DNA of 64,000 nucleotides from Paraspadella gotoi (lineage: Eukaryota; Animalia; Chaetognatha): NCBI GenBank assembly GCA_051294375.1, contig CM119265.1:3332686-3396685 (forward strand), written 5' to 3'. A program made the position numbers and the translations under genes. Numbering within the stretch: the first letter of the stretch is position 1; the number at the start of each line of letters is the position of its first letter. The notes below the pieces were generated by a model. That model searched no databases, was not told the DNA's origin, and saw nothing but the letters and a program-made list of their open reading frames with translations. Of this stretch, positions 13,936 through 26,734 are shown piece by piece.

Positions 13936-14063
13936 TATAAAATTGGCACAACCAATATAAAAAATTATCCATTCATTTAATGGTTTTGGGCCTCCATCAC
14001 TCTTAATGACATAGCAGGTCCCTGCAAGCTTTCAATAAATACTCTCTCACAGTCGTGTTTATT
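13936..14063. mobile_element. Truncated, internally deleted copy of the ~320 bp dispersed/tandem element
   Basis: aaattggcacaaccaatataaaaaattatccattc...gcaggtccctgcaagctttcaat matches the copies at 28730 and 23687. Confidence 0.8.
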
Positions 14064-14349
14064 ATATTTTATATTTCAAGCATCATGACCCGATTTTCTA
14101 CCTTAAGTTTAGTTAAGTTAATCAGTTAAACGGCTAATATTCTTCCTCTTATAATTTTTTTATTATTAAATTTCATCTCATACGGTTTATTTTATTATTC
14201 TTCATCATCATCAACTTCGGCGTCGAATCGTATTTACGATTTTCTTCGCTCTTGGGTTTTTGTGATTTGAACAATTTCCTTTTCTGCTGTGAAAGTTTGA
14301 GGAAATTTGAAAGGAAATTCGCGAATTGAAAAGAAGTAAACAGATTAAG

Positions 14350-15148
14350 TGTCGTTTTCGTCGTCGTCGTCGTCGTCGTCATTGTCATCGTTGCGCCGTC
14401 GTAATCATTGTCATCATCAATTTTTTCATTCTTTTTGTCATCGTCGTCATCGTAATGGTCTTTATCATCATCATCATCATCATCATCATCATTCTCATTC
14501 GCTCATCATCATCATTCATCGTCGTCGTTATCATCATCATCATCATCGTCGTCGTTATATCATTCGTAATCATCATCATCATCATCATCGTCGTCATCAT
14601 TCATCATCATGGATCATCATCTTATCCATCATCATCATCATCATCTCATCGTCGTCGTTAGTCATCATCGTCTCATCATCATCATCAACATCATCATCAT
14701 CGTCGCGTCGTCGTTTATACATCATCATCATCATCATTCATCATCATCAGTCGTCGTTAATCATCATCGTCATCATCACTCATCTCATCATCATCATCAT
14801 CATCATCACTCATCCATCATCGTCGCAGTCGAATCTGAGCTGATTGTCGACGCAGAAAATGACGTCAACAAGCGCGGAGTCTTTTGGAGACGGCAATCAC
14901 CAATTCGTAGTCTTTATCATCATCGCGTCGTCGTCGTCGTCGTCGTCGTCGTCTCGGTTGTTGTTGGTCTTCGTCCTCCTCGTTCTTTCATCTTTATTGT
15001 TGTTATCTTCGTCTTCGTCGTTCGTTGTTGTCGGTCCTCTCGATCGTCTTCCTTCGTCGTCGTCGTCTAAGACGCTCTTATGATAGTTCTCGCGTTAATG
15101 TCAATGCATCCGTTTATCCGTACATCGCGTCATCGTGGTCTTCGACAA

Positions 15149-15190
<42 letters not shown>
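14350..15190. repeat. Compound (CAT)n/(CGT)n trinucleotide low-complexity tract
   Basis: Visible directly; gives poly-H/S/I/M pseudo-ORFs. Confidence 0.9.
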
Positions 15191-15191
<1 letters not shown>

Positions 15192-18100
15192 TATTTTTAT
15201 TTTTGCGTCGCGAGTTTTGTTTTGTTTTTTTTTTAATCCCTTTTACTGGTTGCTCTGGTACAGTGATTAAGGAAATCAATTTTCAGATTTTCAGTTCGAT
15301 AATATTCTTTTTATTTCGTTGTTTAAAATTAAATTAAAACTTATTTTATGATGCATAACGATTTTCAGTACAATTTCGGCGATGGTACGATTTGTTGAAT
15401 CGTCTGTTTCTTTCTCTTCTCTTTCTTCTCTTTCTTTCCTTTCTTTCTTCTTTCTTTCTTTCTTTCTTTCTTTTTTCTTTCTTCTTTCTTTCTTTCTTCT
15501 TTCTCTCTTCTTCTTTCTTTCTTTTTCTCTCTCTCCCTTTCCGTTAGGTACCTCTTCTAATAATACTTCTAATACTTACGAATTTTCTTCTCTATTTTTA
15601 TCATCTTTATTCTTTCATTCTATTCTCTCTCTCTCCTCTCGAGGAACAGAACAAAAGTTAGAAATTCCCCCATGTGACATTAACGTGAGAGCTCGAGCCT
15701 CATCAAACCCTGACAAGCCTCGAGACATGGAACTGACCGAAGGCAACTTGTACACGAGAGACACAGGAGAATATGAAAAGTGGTGCGCCGATAGACTTGC
15801 CCTCTCCATCGCTTTCCTCATCGATACTCTGACGATATCACGTGAGCCCGAACGCCCGCGTGTCTTCCAATTTTGTTCCATTTGCCTCCCATCGAAAGCC
15901 GTCTATCTCGCCGAACCACAGCACAGGCAGTTTTTTGACCTCGATATGATGTCTGCGACTCGGATATTTGTCTTTATCAGTCTCGTTCTCAAGGCGGCAT
16001 ATAATTCTCGCTCTCACGGCGTGTTGCTCCCACCCAGCTTCTCTCGTGACGTGAGTGCGAGCTTGTTCATTTCGTACACGTCTCTGTTTCTTTCGAACTC
16101 TCTGCTGCGCGTGTTCTTCAGCTCTCCTCTCCTCTCTGTTGTGCTCCGCTGTCTCCTACTCTCTTTCGGTCTCCACCCTCTCTCTTCGTCTCTCTCGCTC
16201 CGTCTCCTCGCTCCTCTCTCTCTCCCTAATTATCATCCGACGAACCCCGAAACGACACAACGACACCACTAACTCACTATCTCCCTTCGACTCTCTATAT
16301 AGTCTCCCAACCAGTTCCTCTCTATGGATCTCGAGTGCCCTCCGCCAGTCAAAGATCCAGCAGCGCAACGGAAGGCCCACCGGCCGGGTTAGCTGCACTC
16401 CCTCTTGTCACAGCCGAGTCAGGAGCCAGTCGGGCAGCGGTTCGCGCCGCCTTACCGCGGGCTCGACCCCGCCAAGCAACTCCCTATCCTTGCTCCCCTC
16501 GACGGCGCGACGTTTAGCGCGACGCCCGCTGCCTCGAGACGGCCTCGCGGTTCTCTCAGAGTGGCGCTCGGGATCAGAACGAGGACGAGAGAGGGATGCG
16601 CAAGCTCCGCGAAGACAGAAAGATGCGAGTCGATGCTGTCTGAGCAGGGGAATGCGAGTGAGATTGGCTTATTGCTAGCGCTAGCTCATCCCTATATAAA
16701 GAGGGAGACGCACAAACCTCGTTTGTCTCCGTATGAACCAGCACAGAGCTACCAGGCCAAGAGACCATACAAACAATAACAATAATGTGAGAAGGAGGTG
16801 AGGAAAAAGAAATAAAAACTTTGTTGTTTGGTGATTTTCATCCTGCTTAACCTGGTTTTAGAGAAGTGCCTTACCATTCTGAATCGCCCGGTGCCCTCCC
16901 CTGGTAAACAGTCGATAAGAGGAACTGCCAAGTTATCACTCGCCCAGACCCAGTCTGAATGAACCCAACCAACCGGCACCATCATGCCAGTCTCTCCAAA
17001 TTCGAACGGTAAGTAACGAGCGCGCAAGTTATTTCCATGCATTTCTCGAATAAGAGACATAAGATGCCAATAGAACAAAAGAACTCGCAAAAGGAAAGAT
17101 AAAAAAGAAGACACAGCAAAGGAACTCCACCACACACAGCGAAGCCACAGCCAAGAGAAGAAAGATAAAAAAAGAAGAAAAAGCACAGGAAATACGATAA
17201 GAAACGAGTAGAGAGAGCACTCTTGTCCCTCTCACGCTTAACCAACCACAGGAAGAGTAAGTTGAGAGTCCACCAGAAGACCCCTACAAGAAAAGTAAAA
17301 GAAATGGGTAGGCGGAAGTCTGCTAGGCAAAGACAGGGGGATCCTCCACCTCGCAGTGTAGGAGCGGACACCGCCCGCAGGCTCCCTACGTGAGCAATTG
17401 CTTCAAGCCTAAATCCATAGAAATCCATTTCAGAAAAGATCTCAACGAATGAGCACTAGACTACGATAAAAATCCGGGAACGCGGGCAGCACCAAAAAAA
17501 TAGAGAATAAAGGACACGAAACGGGAAATTGCTAGCTATGGATTATATAATAAGCGAAGTAGCACTGTAGACATGTGGATTAGCAGTGTTAGTACGCCAA
17601 ACTAACCCCAATTTTATTCATCTTGCCATACAAGAAAGACGAGTACTTAAGATACAAAGAAATAGAGAGGAAGCGAGACAGAGCAAAAAGAAGTCCAAAG
17701 CTAACAACAGACCAAGTGTTAGAAAAGAAAACCGAAGAGACAAACAGAAATAAAACGCGGAGCACGGTATATGAAAAAAACGTACTTAAGATACAGATTG
17801 AATATACACCAAATAATGTTGGACACTTTCTACATTATGTACCATCATTTTTAACCCCCGTCCGAACCCTGCACAAAAAATAATTTCGACCCGCTGTAAG
17901 TCCCATCAATATGAGCCTTGCAACTACTGGCCCAAGTATCCGACACTCCGCCCGCTACCCACCACAAGGCAACACACTGCGGTGACACGACTTAATAAAA
18001 ACGTAGTATACAGCACTCGTGAACTACTGCGTGCCCTGTCACCTTCAAATGAATCCCATTAAAACTGGTTCACAAGAGAGGTATTAGAGAGTTTGCAAAT

Positions 18101-19450
18101 AATTATACAATCAAAGCCCCCAATCGAATTCCAACCCTTTCTTTGAAATCGATGAATAGACATGAATCAGAAGAGGAAGCTAATTTATCGCCATTTCTAA
18201 TTTACATCCAGTATCTATGACAACCCCCCGTCGCCCTTCCAAGCTATGATTCGCTTATCAAAAAAAGGAAGCGTGAGTGGACGGCCCGCACCACCACCAC
18301 GCATTAAGTAACAAGTCACAAATGTAGCAATCTAGACCTTTTCCCTTGCCGCCACCAAATTGATTTCCCTTTATACCAATAAACCATTGGAATAACTCTA
18401 ACTTGACAGCAGGCGGAGACCCTTTCATGAAATTCATAACAAAAAAATTTCTACGCATGACCAAAATAATGGGAGATTAAATCTCTTCAATATGCATTAT
18501 AAGATTAAAAGATTTTTAAAAAAAAACTTAGTAAGTGGGGCAAAGCTTCAGACTAGACAAATTGCTCTCTCCCCTTGAGTGTAGCAAACTCCATTTCCCT
18601 CTCTCTGGGAATTGAGCGCGCCGATCGATTCATCCAAGACCCGCTCCCGCCCCAAAACCCGGTTACGGCTACAGGAGGATCGCAATATCGTCTTAGTACC
18701 GCGAGAGCTGTAAGTTCATACCATATTCGGAGTCCTGTTACAACGGGCCGCCCAAATAAACGAGCCGGGCCTATCACCACGCGGGTCGACTGTGGGCCCA
18801 CCGCTACGCTGAAGAACGAGGTTTGACAACCGCGGCGCCTCGTCCAGCCGTTAGGCTCGCCCACATTGACGTGTCAAACAGGCGAACCAACGAAATAATA
18901 TACTACATGAATTCAATATGATTAAAATAAAAGGTTACATAGTAGCTCTAACCCTTAGTTCATACTATAATCTCGAGTCTTAAAAACCCCCACTATCCCC
19001 CCAGGCTCGGCCAGTGGGATTCGAATTCGTACCCCAGGCCCACAAAGAGACCAGACAATTCGAGTTCAAGCTCAGCACCCCTTGCGTCTCTTCCCGCAAG
19101 GAAGCCTACCTAATGCCAACGGCAGTGACTGAACTCACAATGACATCATCGGTCAATGCTCAACCCCAAATGCTCACATCGTCACGCCCAACTGATTCCG
19201 CGAGCCGATCTCCGTTCAAGACCCGGCTGCCATTTCTCATCGTTAAAGCCTTTCATTTGCATAAACCAAAGTCAAGTCTCTATCGGGGCCANNNNNNNNN
19301 NNNNNNNNNNNNNNNNGGCGCTGCGGGCCAGCGGCGGATACCTCCTACTTCTCGCGTCCGTCGACGCAAGTAGGCGCCTCGCGCGATATCACGGTTCCGG
19401 TACGAGTAAGAGAGAGATAGAGACGAGAGAAGAGACGAGAAGAAGGAGAG

Positions 19451-19490
<40 letters not shown>

Positions 19491-19917
19491 TTCTGGTAGC
19501 CATTAAAAAGAAGCGGAGACAACATCTTCTTGAGAAACGACAACAACAAACAACAACAACAACAATAACAATAATGTGAAAGATGTGAGAAAAAGAGAAT
19601 AAAAACTTGGTTGTTTTTTTTTTAACTTTTATTTTATCTTTAACTTAAAATACTTACAGTCTGAATCGGCCCTCCCTATAAAGTCGTAAAAAAATATATA
19701 TACAGGATAAAATTGTAAACCCGGACATTCAGAGTTCCTTAAAATTGATCGAGCAAATTTTCAAATAATACAAAAGAGCAAAAAGCATCGAAAATAAATA
19801 GATTAAAGAAATAAAAAGAAAGAAAGATAAAAAGAAAGAAAGAAAGGAATAAAGAAAGAAAGAAAAAAAAAAGAAAAGAAAGAAAGAAAGATAGAAAGAG
19901 AGTAAGTTAGCAAAGCA

Positions 19918-19969
<52 letters not shown>

Positions 19970-20014
19970 AAAAAAGAAAGTAAGTAAGTAAGTTAACTAA
20001 GAAAATAGGAAAAA

Positions 20015-20045
<31 letters not shown>

Positions 20046-20318
20046 GAAGAAAAAAAGAGAGGATCTCGTCGTCACTTATGAGGCACCAAAAGCCAAAAAG
20101 TTAATGGGACAGAATTTACTTTGGGATTCATTTAATGACTTTTTTTCGGATTCAAAGTCGCGAAATGTTAAGATTACTCGGAGTTGGTTCCTTTTTTCCT
20201 CTCTTCCTCATCCTCGCCTCTTCCCCTCCTCATTCGAGGGCGATGATACTCCTACCTCAAACTTGCTAATTTAACTTTAAAAAAATTCCAAACAACATTT
20301 TATTTTTCTAAATTATGA

Positions 20319-20521
20319 TATGAAATTAGTACAACTAATATAAAAATTATTTATTAATTTAATAAATAAACTATCTTGCCCCTGATTTTGGACAGGCTTT
20401 GGTGGTTTGAAGCCTCCATCACTCTTACAAAATAATAATATAGCAGGTCCCTGCAAGCTTGTAGTCAAGTCTTGTTTAATTACTCCCAGAGTACTTGGCT
20501 TCCCTATCAATGAAGTGGTAT
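20319..20521. mobile_element. Partial copy of the ~320 bp element running into an N gap
   Basis: Begins at the shared fixed end tatgaaattagtacaac. Confidence 0.8.
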
Positions 20522-22487
20522 NNNNNNNNNNNNNNNNNNNNNNNNNNNNNNNNNNNNNNNNNNNNNNNNNNNNNNNNNNNNNNNNNNNNNNNNNNNNNNN
20601 NNNNNNNNNNNNNNNNNNNNNNNNNNNNNNNNNNNNNNNNNNNNNNNNNNNNNNNNNNNNNNNNNNNNNNNNNNNNNNNNNNNNNNNNNNNNNNNNNNNN
20701 NNNNNNNNNNNNNNNNNNNNNNNNNNNNNNNNNNNNNNNNNNNNNNNNNNNNNNNNNNNNNNNNNNNNNNNNNNNNNNNNNNNNNNNNNNNNNNNNNNNN
20801 NNNNNNNNNNNNNNNNNNNNNNNNNNNNNNNNNNNNNNNNNNNNNNNNNNNNNNNNNNNNNNNNNNNNNNNNNNNNNNNNNNNNNNNNNNNNNNNNNNNN
20901 NNNNNNNNNNNNNNNNNNNNNNNNNNNNNNNNNNNNNNNNNNNNNNNNNNNNNNNNNNNNNNNNNNNNNNNNNNNNNNNNNNNNNNNNNNNNNNNNNNNN
21001 NNNNNNNNAATTATTTTAAAGATACTTTAATTGTTTTTAAAAAGATTGTATTTTGAACTACATTCGTTTTCTTGAGAGGTCTTTAACTTCACTTACTGAT
21101 GTTTGATTCTGCGCTATCAAAGACGAGAGAAATTTCTAGGGATGATAGCGCAAAAAGAGTGATTGGCACGGTCTTGACACTCAATCAGAGAATGTGAGAA
21201 AAAGTCTCGGCCAAGCAGTAGGAACAAAGCCAGAAGGACCTTGACAAATCAGAGTATCTGATATAAATGTAAGTTTTAAAAGTCCTTTGGGCAAAGGAAT
21301 TTAACTATTTAAACATTTTTTTATTTATTTAATACTAAACTTGTCGTCGGCTTTGTACGGGCAAAATCTCTCTCCTTTTTTTGTTTATTTGTTGGCATAA
21401 GTAAGACTTTTCATACCTTCCTCCTCCTCTTCCTCTTCCTCGTTCACCTCCTCCTCAACAACCATTTTCTCGCTTTTCCCTTTTGTTTCAATTGTTTTTC
21501 CGACATAAATCTCAAGTCCCATTCAAGATGTCACTGTAAGATGACTTTTGTTTAGCTCCCCTTCCCTCTCTCTTTTTTTGGGAGAAACAGAGACAGAGAG
21601 AGCGAGACTGAGAAGGAGAAAGCGAGAGAGCGAGAGAGAAGACAAATTAGAATTGGCTCTTTGGGGAAATCCAAACTGAGTTTTAAACGCCACCTCGGCT
21701 TTTATTATTTTCGGGCGAGGTTATTAAGACCCCTTTTTTATTTTTATGTGAAGGGAAAAAANNNNNNNNNNNNNNNNNNNNNNNNNNNNNNNNNNNNNNN
21801 NNNNNNNNNNNNNNNNNNNNNNNNNNNNNNNNNNNNNNNNNNNNNNNNNNNNNNNNNNNNNNNNNNNNNNNNNNNNNNNNNNNNNNNNNNNNNNNNNNNN
21901 NNNNNNNNNNNNNNNNNNNNNNNNNNNNNNNNNNNNNNNNNNNNNNNNNNNNNNNNNNAAAACATAAAAAAATATATTGTCAAATTCAAATGCTAAATTT
22001 GGCTTTTCTTCTTAAATTTTTTAAAAGTTGTTTAAATTACGTAAAGAAGTCTAACTTTTTTTAATTCATGTTTATAAACAAAAGGAAATACGAGGGCGAC
22101 ATATCTCCGAGGGCGCCGTTTAAAAAACAACTGCGAGGCTCAAAACAAAAGGACAAAAGAAAAGGAAAAAAACAAGAGTCAGAAAGGNNNNNNNNNNNNN
22201 NNNNNNNNNNNNTTTTTTTAACAAGATTGTTTAATTACGTAAAGAGGTCTCTTTTAATATGTTTATAAACAAAGGAAAGCACTGAGGGCGCACATCTTCC
22301 GAGGCGCGCCGTTATAATGAAAACAACTGCGAGGCTCAAAAGCAAAAGGACAAAGAAAAGGAAAAAAACGAAGAGTCAGAAAGGGTCTTTGTACTTCCCA
22401 GTGAGGGGTCGCGGAAGGGGTGGAAGAGTTGTGGAAGGCGGTGAATATTATGCTGAGGAAACAGAGAGATGAAAGGAGAGAGAGAGA

Positions 22488-22544
<57 letters not shown>

Positions 22545-22720
22545 TCACGGTATCTTTTTACGACTTCTCCCCCTCTCCTTCGCTCGTCTTCCGCTTTCTC
22601 CTCCGACGCAAGTAATCAGTGGTAGTCTTCCCTTTTATCGTCTCCCGAAGTCATAATAGAGTCGGAAAAGGTTTTCGCCAACAGTTGGAGAAGCATAAAT
22701 ACCATAATTCCCATTCGCCA

Positions 22721-22756
<36 letters not shown>

Positions 22757-23266
22757 GAGGAGGAGGCAGAGGTGGCTGCGGCGGCTTAGACGGTTGGCGG
22801 CTGAAGAGACTAACAGACTAAGAGCTAAGGTGGGAGTGACGCTGGGCGCGTTGACGGTTGGCGGCGGCTGGCGGCGGTGGCGGCGGCTGGCGGCGGCAGA
22901 ATGGGCGGGGTCGTGTGTGCTGCCCTTATTTGGAGCTTGTAGATTTTGGATTTCTTTTCATTAGATTTTAAATTATTATTTATTGACATGTTCATTGTTC
23001 AATTGTTTATTTTTCACTGGATCAATTGTCACCGTAGGTGAGTGCCATCTTTATCTTAGTCCTCGCCGCCACCGCCACCGCCACCGCCACCGCCACCGCC
23101 ACCGCCGCCTTCGCCGCCCTTCGCCGCCGCCCTCTTTACGGAGGCCGTAGAATATCATTCCCTGCTTTTTATTACTGAGTTTTATCGAGCGCCGAATGTC
23201 GCTTGTTTTCGACGAAAGTAGCGTCGCCTTTTTACCTTTTTTTTATTGCTTTTGATCGCTTTACTA

Positions 23267-23307
<41 letters not shown>

Positions 23308-23686
23308 CCTTCAATTCTTTCTCGATCGCACTCCATCGCTCTTCATTGTGGAGTCACTATTTGTTCCATTCGTTTGTCCAACAAAACAACCACAACAACA
23401 ACAACAAAATCGATGTTAATTTGGTAAAAAACTTAAAAACTAATCATGACAAAAAAAGTAAACGAAAATTATTTCACTTTGGTATAGTTTACTCTCCGAC
23501 TTAGTTTTTTAATAACTTTTATCCTTTTAATAAATCGCAAGAGATAAAGATTAAAAATTGTTAACGACGCAGTTAAGGGGGAACGAACGTTTTATTTCGT
23601 TTATTTTATTTACCATCGACTGGTTGACTTTATTAAGGGGACGTTGCAGTCGGAGAATCTTAAAACAGAAAAAAGTTAACGGAGTT

Positions 23687-24073
23687 GGGTAAGATAGCTT
23701 ATTTATTAAATGAATTGATAATTTTTATATTGGTTGTACCAATTTCATAAAATTCAGCTCTTTGTATTTTGATGCTAGTGCGGAGTACAATAAGAATTCC
23801 CCGATCTAATACTTAAGGGAGTGGTCTTTTCATACAATTGAAACATTCTTTGAAATAGTATACCATTTCATTGATAGGGAAGCCAGGTATTCTGGGAGTG
23901 AATAAACGAGACTGTGAGAGAATCTTGATTGAAAGCTTGCAGGGACCTGCTATGTTATTATCTTGTAAGAGTGATGGAGGCCTTAAACCACCAAAGCCTG
24001 TCCAAAGTCAGGGGCAAGATAGCTTATTTATTAAATGAATGAATAATTTTTATATTGGTTGTACCAATTTCAT
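23687..24073. mobile_element. ~1.2-unit copy of the ~320 bp element (cleanest copy, period 325 bp)
   Basis: caatttcat recurs at 23740 and 24065; opposite orientation to 28730. Confidence 0.85.
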
Positions 24074-25007
24074 GAATATTATTTATATAGTTATGAAAAA
24101 GTTTTTTATAACTAAATTTTTTTAAGAATTAAAAATGATTAATTTGACTATGATATATAGAAATTAATTATTATTAATAGGATAAGCTTGGTTTATAAAT
24201 AATATCACTGCATTTAGCTAAACCTATAATTTTTTTTCTTTTTTTTTACTTTTTTTACCTTATTTTTATAATTTTAATCTTTTTTAATCTTTTAATTGAA
24301 TATTAAAAATATTTAAATATCTCAATATAATATTCTAATAATTTTATAATAAGTTTTATAAATATTTATTTTTAAACCATGACTGGTCCACTTCGCCCAT
24401 CTTTTCCGACATCACCCGCAACAGTGTGTCGACGGGAAAAACTAAGAATCGGCGTCAAAGTCATAAAAACCTTTTATTTTCTCTTACGACGCCATCAAAG
24501 GCGGAAGTCAGTGGCGGCGGGAAATGGGGAGGATGGGGCGGAGAGGGGGGTAAGAAAGGGTGAGGTCTTATCGGAGGCTTAAGAAAAAAATATTGGTGTG
24601 GCCTTAAGGATGGGAAATGGGTAAGGGCCGAAACTAAGGGGATAGTGGGTGGACACTGGGCAGGACCTCGAAAGTGTTGGGACAATTTTAAGATAATGAA
24701 AAGGTCAGTATTTTAGGATTTGGTTATGATTAAGGTTTTAAAAAACACGAAGTGGGTGATCACAAAAGAGGAGGGTTTTTAAAGTGGACATTGAATGACC
24801 AAACACGTGGGTGATGATCAATTAAAGAAAAATAATTAAAAACGAAAGGGTGAGTCTCTTCAATCCACAACAGAGGGTGAGGTTGTGAAGAAGCAAAAAG
24901 AAAGTCACTGATGGGTGAGTCTTTCACGTCTCAAGAGGAAAACTGTTTCCGTGAAGATAAATAGTCGTTGTGAGTGACAATTGATTCTGACTCGGAACGA
25001 GCTTCCT

Positions 25008-25063
<56 letters not shown>

Positions 25064-25386
25064 TTTTTCTTTCTTTCTTTCTTTCTTTCTTTATTTCTTT
25101 ATTTCTTTCTCTTTTTTCTTTCTTGCTTTCTTTCTTTCAATTCAGATCTCTTAAATAAGAGAAAAGTTTAAATACAGCATATATATGTCCTTATGATTCT
25201 ATATTTTTCTTATCTAACAACATCGAATATAAAATACACATTTACATTATTATTATTTTACATCACAATTATTCTACGCTCTATCACTCTTAAATTATAA
25301 TCTTCTATGTGAGCCGCAGTTCTAAACAATGCGTTTCCTGTTTATTCTGCCAATTCTGTTTTTTCTACTCTCTCTATCTCCTCTCT

Positions 25387-25425
<39 letters not shown>

Positions 25426-26734
25426 TCTCTCTTCTCTCTCTATCCCAATTCACTGCCCTCTGGGCAGAAAATTAACGTGCATTGAAATCTTTGTCGGTGT
25501 CGACAAATTTTATGCTGGTCCTCGATTTGGCGGTCTCTTTGGAGGGGTTTCATGAAGTTTGTTCAACCGACTGTAGTTAGAAGTGCGATGCACTTTTGTT
25601 TCAAAGTCAATTACAATTTGTAAATATTCTAGAGAAATAGGTAGCTTTTTAAAGGCCCTCAAGGTGCCTAAAGCCGCAAGTAATTAATATTGTCTATTGT
25701 CTATTGTCTCTCTCTCACCGGCAGCGATGATTTGTTTTGGATGATCAGAATTCCCTTCCGATTTTTAACTTTTTAGGAATTTTATTTTGTTTTTTTCGTT
25801 TAATTAAATTTAAAAATGAAGTTTTGACAAGTTTAATTGAAGACGATAGCCATTTATTGTAATTGAACTCCGTAGCTAATTTGTTTTTAATTCTTTTTGC
25901 GTGTTAATTTCATGATTTTTGTTCAAACGCGAATATTATAATATTACAACATGAGTAAAGTTAGTTGAAAAACTAGATTTGGACAAAGCTAGTTAAAATA
26001 ATTTGATACAGTACAGTATGTTTACAAAAGAAGGGTTAAATTTAAGCCACAACTATTTTGTGGCCTCTAAATAGAATTAGCATGAAATGTTTTTATGTAT
26101 ATATTTTTATGTATTCTCACTTTTCAGAAATATTCAAACAGACATTGTCCCTTTGGTGAAGAGCCGGATGCTCAATATGTTGAGCCACAAACCCTTACCT
26201 TGCCGACTTAGAAGAGGAAATATTAATAATTTTTGAGAAGAACCTTTAAAGTTTTCAAGAATTACTCGTGTTAAGCTATCCGAAAATGTCATTAGTATAA
26301 TTTTTTCCGATTTTAACGGTCACTTCGATGACAGTGCCTTGAACCCACCCGTTCCATTGATGGCAAAGGGATAATGATTTCTAGCGCTTCATCTCAACCT
26401 CTTTCTTTTCTTTCTTTCCTGGTAGAGAATATTCTCATTCTTAAATTCTTTTTCATTTCACAGTTTCCAATTTTATTACTAAAGTTAATCCATAAATTTG
26501 ATGTTTAGTTTCACTTTTCATCTTAAAACGAAAACCGTCAACGCATCCCTGGTTTGATTCTTTTCTTTTCTACAAATAAACTTATAAATTCAGATCCGAA
26601 AAAAAACTTTCAATGAAAAATTCAATTAGGCTCTCATTTTTACTGTTAAAATAATTAATCAAGTTTTCCTTATCAAAACAAAACAAAACAAAAGACAAAA
26701 AAAAAACAGCGACGAAAAAACAGGATGTTCAAAA

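Noticed and set aside
14326-15337. His/Ser/Ile-rich ORFs
   Set aside because: Trinucleotide low complexity, open in several frames on both strands.
15382-17428. 296-aa, 207-aa and neighbouring ORFs
   Set aside because: No motifs; they lie in a probable low-accuracy read-derived segment.
22025-22385. ~170 bp tandem duplication
   Set aside because: The copies flank a short N gap; typical contig-overlap artefact.
22560-23140. GC-rich (GGC)n/(GCC)n island with a short minus-strand frame ending YDFGRR
   Set aside because: No convincing start, signal peptide or splice context; may be a UTR or promoter but cannot be supported.
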